Source of the DNA: Holophagales bacterium
Lineage (GTDB): Bacteria; Acidobacteriota; Thermoanaerobaculia; UBA5066
Reading direction: 5' to 3'
Length of the DNA stretch: 64,000 nucleotides
NCBI GenBank assembly: GCA_016714815.1
Contig: JADKBZ010000003.1
Span: 544,038-608,037 of the forward strand
Part shown: positions 60,496 to 64,000 of the stretch, piece after piece
Layout: each line of letters opens with the position of its first letter
Numbering within the stretch: position 1 is the stretch's first letter
Position numbers and translations under genes: made by a program
Notes under the pieces: generated by a model
What the model was told of the DNA's origin: nothing
Seen by the model: the letters and a program-made list of their open reading frames with translations, nothing else
Database searches by the model: none

Positions 60496-62382
60496 ATGAG
60501 ACATCCGGCCGGAAGGCGATTCTTCCTGGCGTTCGCAACGCTGACGCTGCTCCTTTCCGGGGCGGCTCAAGCCTCGGACCGGGTCCCGCTGAAGAACTGG
60601 GCCGTTCCACAGGCAACCTCGGGGTCGCGCCCGTCGACGCTCGGAGCTCTCGGGGACGCGGGCAACCCCGCGATCTTCGTGCCGTTCGCACCGTGCCGGA
60701 TGGTCGACACCCGTGGCGGCGGGGTCTTCACCGGGAGCTACGGACCGCCCGCTCTCGCGGCGTCGACGGCGCGGGACTTCGAGATGACGAGCGCGAGCGG
60801 CCCCTGCCCCGGGATTCCGTACGGCGCGACGGCGATCTCCCTCAACGTCACGGTCGTCAACACCGCCGGTCCCGGCTTCATCATGATCTATCCGCAGGGT
60901 GGAGCCGTCCCGACGGTCTCGACGCTGAACTACAACGCCGGGCAGGTCCTGGCCAACGCGGCGATCGTCCCGATGAACTCGTCGGGAGGGATCACCGTCG
61001 TCGCCGGAGTGTCGGGAACCGACCTGATTCTCGACGTGAACGGGTACTACATCAACTCGCAGGGGAACCTCACCCCGGGAGAGTACTTCCACCTTGCGGG
61101 GTCAACGCCGGGCTCGCTCATCAGGGGCGAGAACTGGACCTTGGGCGGAACTGGCGGGGCATTCTATGCCGGCGGCGCGGGCAGCACTGGCGTGCGTGGA
61201 GAGGCATTGACGACGGGAGTAAAGGGGACCGCGCTGGGCTCTGCCAACGGCTCCGTCGGAGTTTCAGGCCTCGCCAATTCGTCGTCGGGACAGGTGTACG
61301 GGGTCTACGGCCAATCCATGAGCGCGACGGCAGGTACGTCCGGCGTCTTCGGGGAGGCCACGGGGTCGGGGGAGGTGTACGGGGTCTTCGGCCGAACTGC
61401 GAGCGCGACGATGGGTGCCTCCGGCGTGGTCGGGGAGGCCACGGGTTCGGGAGAGGTGTACGGGGTCAACGGCCGAACTGCGAGCGCGACGACGGGTGCG
61501 TCCGGCGTAGTCGGGGAGGCCACGGGTTCGGGAGAGGTGTACGGGACCGTCGGGCGTTCGACCAGCTCGGCGACGGGCTCGGCAGGCGTACTCGGCTCGG
61601 CAGGGAGTCCGGGGTACCCGAACAACGTCTCCACCGGCGTCGTGGGAGTCCTCGGCACCACCACGAGCGGCTACGGGGTCTTCGGCAAGGCCACCGCAAC
61701 GGGAATCGGAGTCCGGGGCGCGAAGGTCGACGCCACGACCGGCGTCCCCACCGCCTCCGGGGTCCTCGGCTACCTGACGTCCTGGGGCGTCTACTCCTAT
61801 AACGACCTGGGGGCGACCGGTACGAAGAGCTTCGTCGAGCCGCACCCGACCGACGCCTCGCGCCAGATCGTCTACGTCGCCATGGAAGGCCCGGAGGCCG
61901 GAACCTACTTCCGCGGGCGCGGCCGTTTCGACGGGAAGAGCGCCGTCATCGTCGTCCCGGAGGACTTCCGCCTCGTCACGGAGGAAGAGGGGCTGACGGT
62001 CCAGATCACGCCGATGGGCCGGGCCACCACCTGGGTGAATCGCGCCGGGCTCGACGCCATCGAGGCGGAGAGCACGGCGGACGTGGAGTTCTCCTATCTC
62101 GTCCAGGGCGTACGGAAGAACTACAAGGGGCACGAGCCGATCCAGAAGAACACCCTCTTCGTCCCGATGGGATTCGACGCCCGGATGGAGCCGTACCCGG
62201 CCCACATCCAGAAGCGCCTGGTCGACCTCGGGATCTACAAGGCCGACGGGAGCGTCAACCTCGAGACGGCCGAGAGGATGGGCTGGGCGCAGACGTGGCG
62301 CGAGGAGGCGGCGGCGGAGCTGGCCGCCGCGGCGAAGGCGGCACGGGAACAGGACGTTCGCAGGGAAGCGATTCAGCGCTAG
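60496..62382 (+). CDS. Secreted Gly/Thr-rich repeat protein, paralog 2 (expanded 27-aa repeats)
   Basis: Same architecture as paralog 1, with about 3.5 copies of an 81-bp (27-aa) in-frame tandem repeat (SGVxGEATGSGEVYGVxGRTASATxGA). Confidence 0.85.
   Translation: MRHPAGRRFFLAFATLTLLLSGAAQASDRVPLKNWAVPQATSGSRPSTLGALGDAGNPAIFVPFAPCRMVDTRGGGVFTGSYGPPALAASTARDFEMTSASGPCPGIPYGATAISLNVTVVNTAGPGFIMIYPQGGAVPTVSTLNYNAGQVLANAAIVPMNSSGGITVVAGVSGTDLILDVNGYYINSQGNLTPGEYFHLAGSTPGSLIRGENWTLGGTGGAFYAGGAGSTGVRGEALTTGVKGTALGSANGSVGVSGLANSSSGQVYGVYGQSMSATAGTSGVFGEATGSGEVYGVFGRTASATMGASGVVGEATGSGEVYGVNGRTASATTGASGVVGEATGSGEVYGTVGRSTSSATGSAGVLGSAGSPGYPNNVSTGVVGVLGTTTSGYGVFGKATATGIGVRGAKVDATTGVPTASGVLGYLTSWGVYSYNDLGATGTKSFVEPHPTDASRQIVYVAMEGPEAGTYFRGRGRFDGKSAVIVVPEDFRLVTEEEGLTVQITPMGRATTWVNRAGLDAIEAESTADVEFSYLVQGVRKNYKGHEPIQKNTLFVPMGFDARMEPYPAHIQKRLVDLGIYKADGSVNLETAERMGWAQTWREEAAAELAAAAKAAREQDVRREAIQR
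61294..61600 (+). repeat. In-frame 81-bp tandem repeat array (about 3.5 units) inside paralog 2
   Basis: Units begin at 61294, 61375, 61456 and 61537 (partial), with over 90% identity between units. Confidence 0.8.
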
Positions 62383-62466
62383 CAGGACCAGGCGAGTCAG
62401 ACCGCCGGCGGCCTCGCAACCGCTCTGGTCGCGAGGCCCGCCGGCTTTCAATGCTGCGGAGGTTTC

Positions 62467-64000
62467 ATGAGACATCCTGCCGGAAGGCGATTCTTCTACG
62501 CTCTCGCACCGTTGACGCTCCTCCTGTCTTGGGCAGCCGAGGCCGGAGAGCAGGTCCCGCTGAAGAACTGGACCGTTCCACAGGCGACCTCCGGGTCGCG
62601 CTTGTCGGCTCTCGGTACCGTTGGCGATGCGGGAAACCCCGCCATCTTCATCCCGTTCACGCCGTGCCGCATGGTCGACACGCGCGGCGGCGGGGTCTGG
62701 ACGGGGACCTACGGCCCGCCGGCCCTCGCCGGGTCGAGCGCGCGGAGCTTCCCGATGACGAGCGCGAGCGGCCCCTGCCCCGGGATCCCGACGGGCGCGG
62801 CGGCGGTCTCGCTGAACATCACGGTCGTCAACACCGCCGGTCCCGGCTTCATCATGATCTATCCCGAGGGGGGAGCGGTCCCGACGGTCTCGACGCTCAA
62901 CTACAACGCCGGGCAGGTCCTCGGAAACGCGGCGATCGTCCCGATGAGTGCGACGGGAGGGATCACGGTGGTGGCCGCGGTCTCCGGCACCGACCTGATC
63001 CTCGACGTGAACGGGTACTTCATCGGCAGCCCGGCGTCGCTGAACGACAACGAGGGCCTCCGGCTGGAGGGGTCGTACGGTGGAGGGCTGATCGCTGGAT
63101 TCAACAACTACACCGGGACCAACAACAGCTACGGCGGGTTCTTCGTTTCCTACAACTCTCAGAAGGGAGGCGGCGTCTACGGAGGCGTCGCGGCAGCGAC
63201 CGGTGCCACGGCCGGAGTTCGCGGGGTGACCGAGAGCGCCACGGACGGCGCGAGCGGAGTTCTCGGCGAGACGTTCGCCACCACCGGCATGGCTTTCGGA
63301 GTAAAGGGAACCACGCAAAGCACGTCCTCTTCCGCCGCGGGTGTCCTCGGGGTTGCCGGCTCCCCGGTCTATCCGAACAACGCCATCGCCGCCACCGTGG
63401 GAGTCCTCGGGACCAATACGAGCGGCTTCGGCGTCCTCGGGAAATCCTCGACGGGCCGGCCCGTCCAGGGCTCCCGCGTCGACGCCACGACGGGACTCGC
63501 CGTCACCACCGGAATCCTCGGCTACACGGCGTCCATCGGCGTCTACGCCTTCGGGGACATGGCGGCCAGCGGAACGAAGTCGTTCATCGAGCCTCACCCG
63601 ACCGACGCGTCGCGCCAGATCGTCTACGTCGCCATGGAAGGCCCGGAGGCCGGAACCTACTTCCGCGGCCGCGGGCGTTTCGAGGGAAAGACCGCGGTCA
63701 TCGGCGTGCCGGAGGACTTCCGCCTCGTCACCGAGGAGGAAGGGCTGACGGTCCAAATCACCCCGATCGGGCGGGCAACGGCCGTCGGCGTGACCAGCAT
63801 CGACCTCGACAGGATCGTCGTCGAGGCGACCCGCGACGTGGAGTTCTCCTATCTCGTGCAGGGTGTAAGAAGGAACTACAAGGGGCACGAGCCAGTCCAG
63901 AAGAACACCGTGTTCGTTCCGATGGGGCCCGACGCGAGGATGGATCCCTACCCCGCTCACCTCCAGAAGCGCCTCGTCGACCTCGGGATCTACAGGGCCG
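62467..64000 (+). CDS. Secreted Gly/Thr-rich repeat protein, paralog 3 (3' end partial, runs off the window)
   Basis: ATG at 62467 after ggagg; signal peptide MRHPAGRRFFYALAPLTLLLSWAAEA; the N-terminal module is about 93% identical at DNA level to paralog 1; the same C-terminal domain starts at about 63560. Confidence 0.8.
   Translation, partial: MRHPAGRRFFYALAPLTLLLSWAAEAGEQVPLKNWTVPQATSGSRLSALGTVGDAGNPAIFIPFTPCRMVDTRGGGVWTGTYGPPALAGSSARSFPMTSASGPCPGIPTGAAAVSLNITVVNTAGPGFIMIYPEGGAVPTVSTLNYNAGQVLGNAAIVPMSATGGITVVAAVSGTDLILDVNGYFIGSPASLNDNEGLRLEGSYGGGLIAGFNNYTGTNNSYGGFFVSYNSQKGGGVYGGVAAATGATAGVRGVTESATDGASGVLGETFATTGMAFGVKGTTQSTSSSAAGVLGVAGSPVYPNNAIAATVGVLGTNTSGFGVLGKSSTGRPVQGSRVDATTGLAVTTGILGYTASIGVYAFGDMAASGTKSFIEPHPTDASRQIVYVAMEGPEAGTYFRGRGRFEGKTAVIGVPEDFRLVTEEEGLTVQITPIGRATAVGVTSIDLDRIVVEATRDVEFSYLVQGVRRNYKGHEPVQKNTVFVPMGPDARMDPYPAHLQKRLVDLGIYRA

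Noticed and set aside
61294-61600. Possible CRISPR array or noncoding repeat
   Set aside because: The 81-bp units are directly tandem with no spacers and are in frame within a coding sequence; not CRISPR.
61264-63960. 898-aa ORF on the minus strand
   Set aside because: Antisense to paralogs 2 and 3; composition dominated by R/G/P/D; the sense strand has signal peptides, RBSs and conserved domains.

Overview
This is a high-GC (about 70%) chromosomal window. It is probably from an Acidobacteria-like organism, judged by the VWFA-related Acidobacterial domain protein, the DUF3857/transglutaminase pairs, the sulfatase-TPR fusions and the M56-BlaR1::TonB_C fusion. All family assignments come from reading the translations and recognising motifs; no database search was run. 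I support about 46 protein-coding genes and no rRNA, tRNA, CRISPR array, transposase or integrase. The gene content, in order: an MFS transporter and a DUF2721 membrane protein; a TonB-like protein; an ABC exporter (permease plus ATPase) divergent from a BlaI repressor and an M56-BlaR1::TonB_C sensor; a complete Rrf2-regulated suf operon (sufBCDSU plus a DUF59/SufT-like gene); a 2.3 kb insertion-like segment flanked by decayed suf fragments; a long run of secreted proteins (alpha/beta hydrolase, BNR-Fn3 protein, two Thr-type sulfatase-TPR proteins, PpiC foldase, M14 carboxypeptidase, VWA protein, DUF3857/transglutaminase pair); a VapBC toxin-antitoxin pair; an MBOAT plus two AlgX/AlgJ-like genes (polysaccharide O-acetylation cassette); a Ser/Thr kinase; a Tat-dependent redox operon (Tat-AKR, NapH/CcoG-type polyferredoxin, Tat-DUF362); a 1663-aa beta-helix protein; rsmE; and a tandem array of three paralogous secreted Gly/Thr-rich repeat proteins. 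The most unusual signals are: (a) a conserved ~120-aa Cys-containing module (PPCRxxDTR ... LDVNGYF) at the C-termini of two enzymes and the N-termini of the three tandem paralogs; (b) a short extreme C-terminal tag (PVELMEFSID-like) on three otherwise unrelated exported proteins; (c) the paralog array itself, with 81-bp in-frame tandem repeats and long near-identical stretches; and (d) the Tat-dependent redox cluster. Many long ORFs in the six-frame track are antisense or alternate-frame artefacts of the high GC content and are rejected below.
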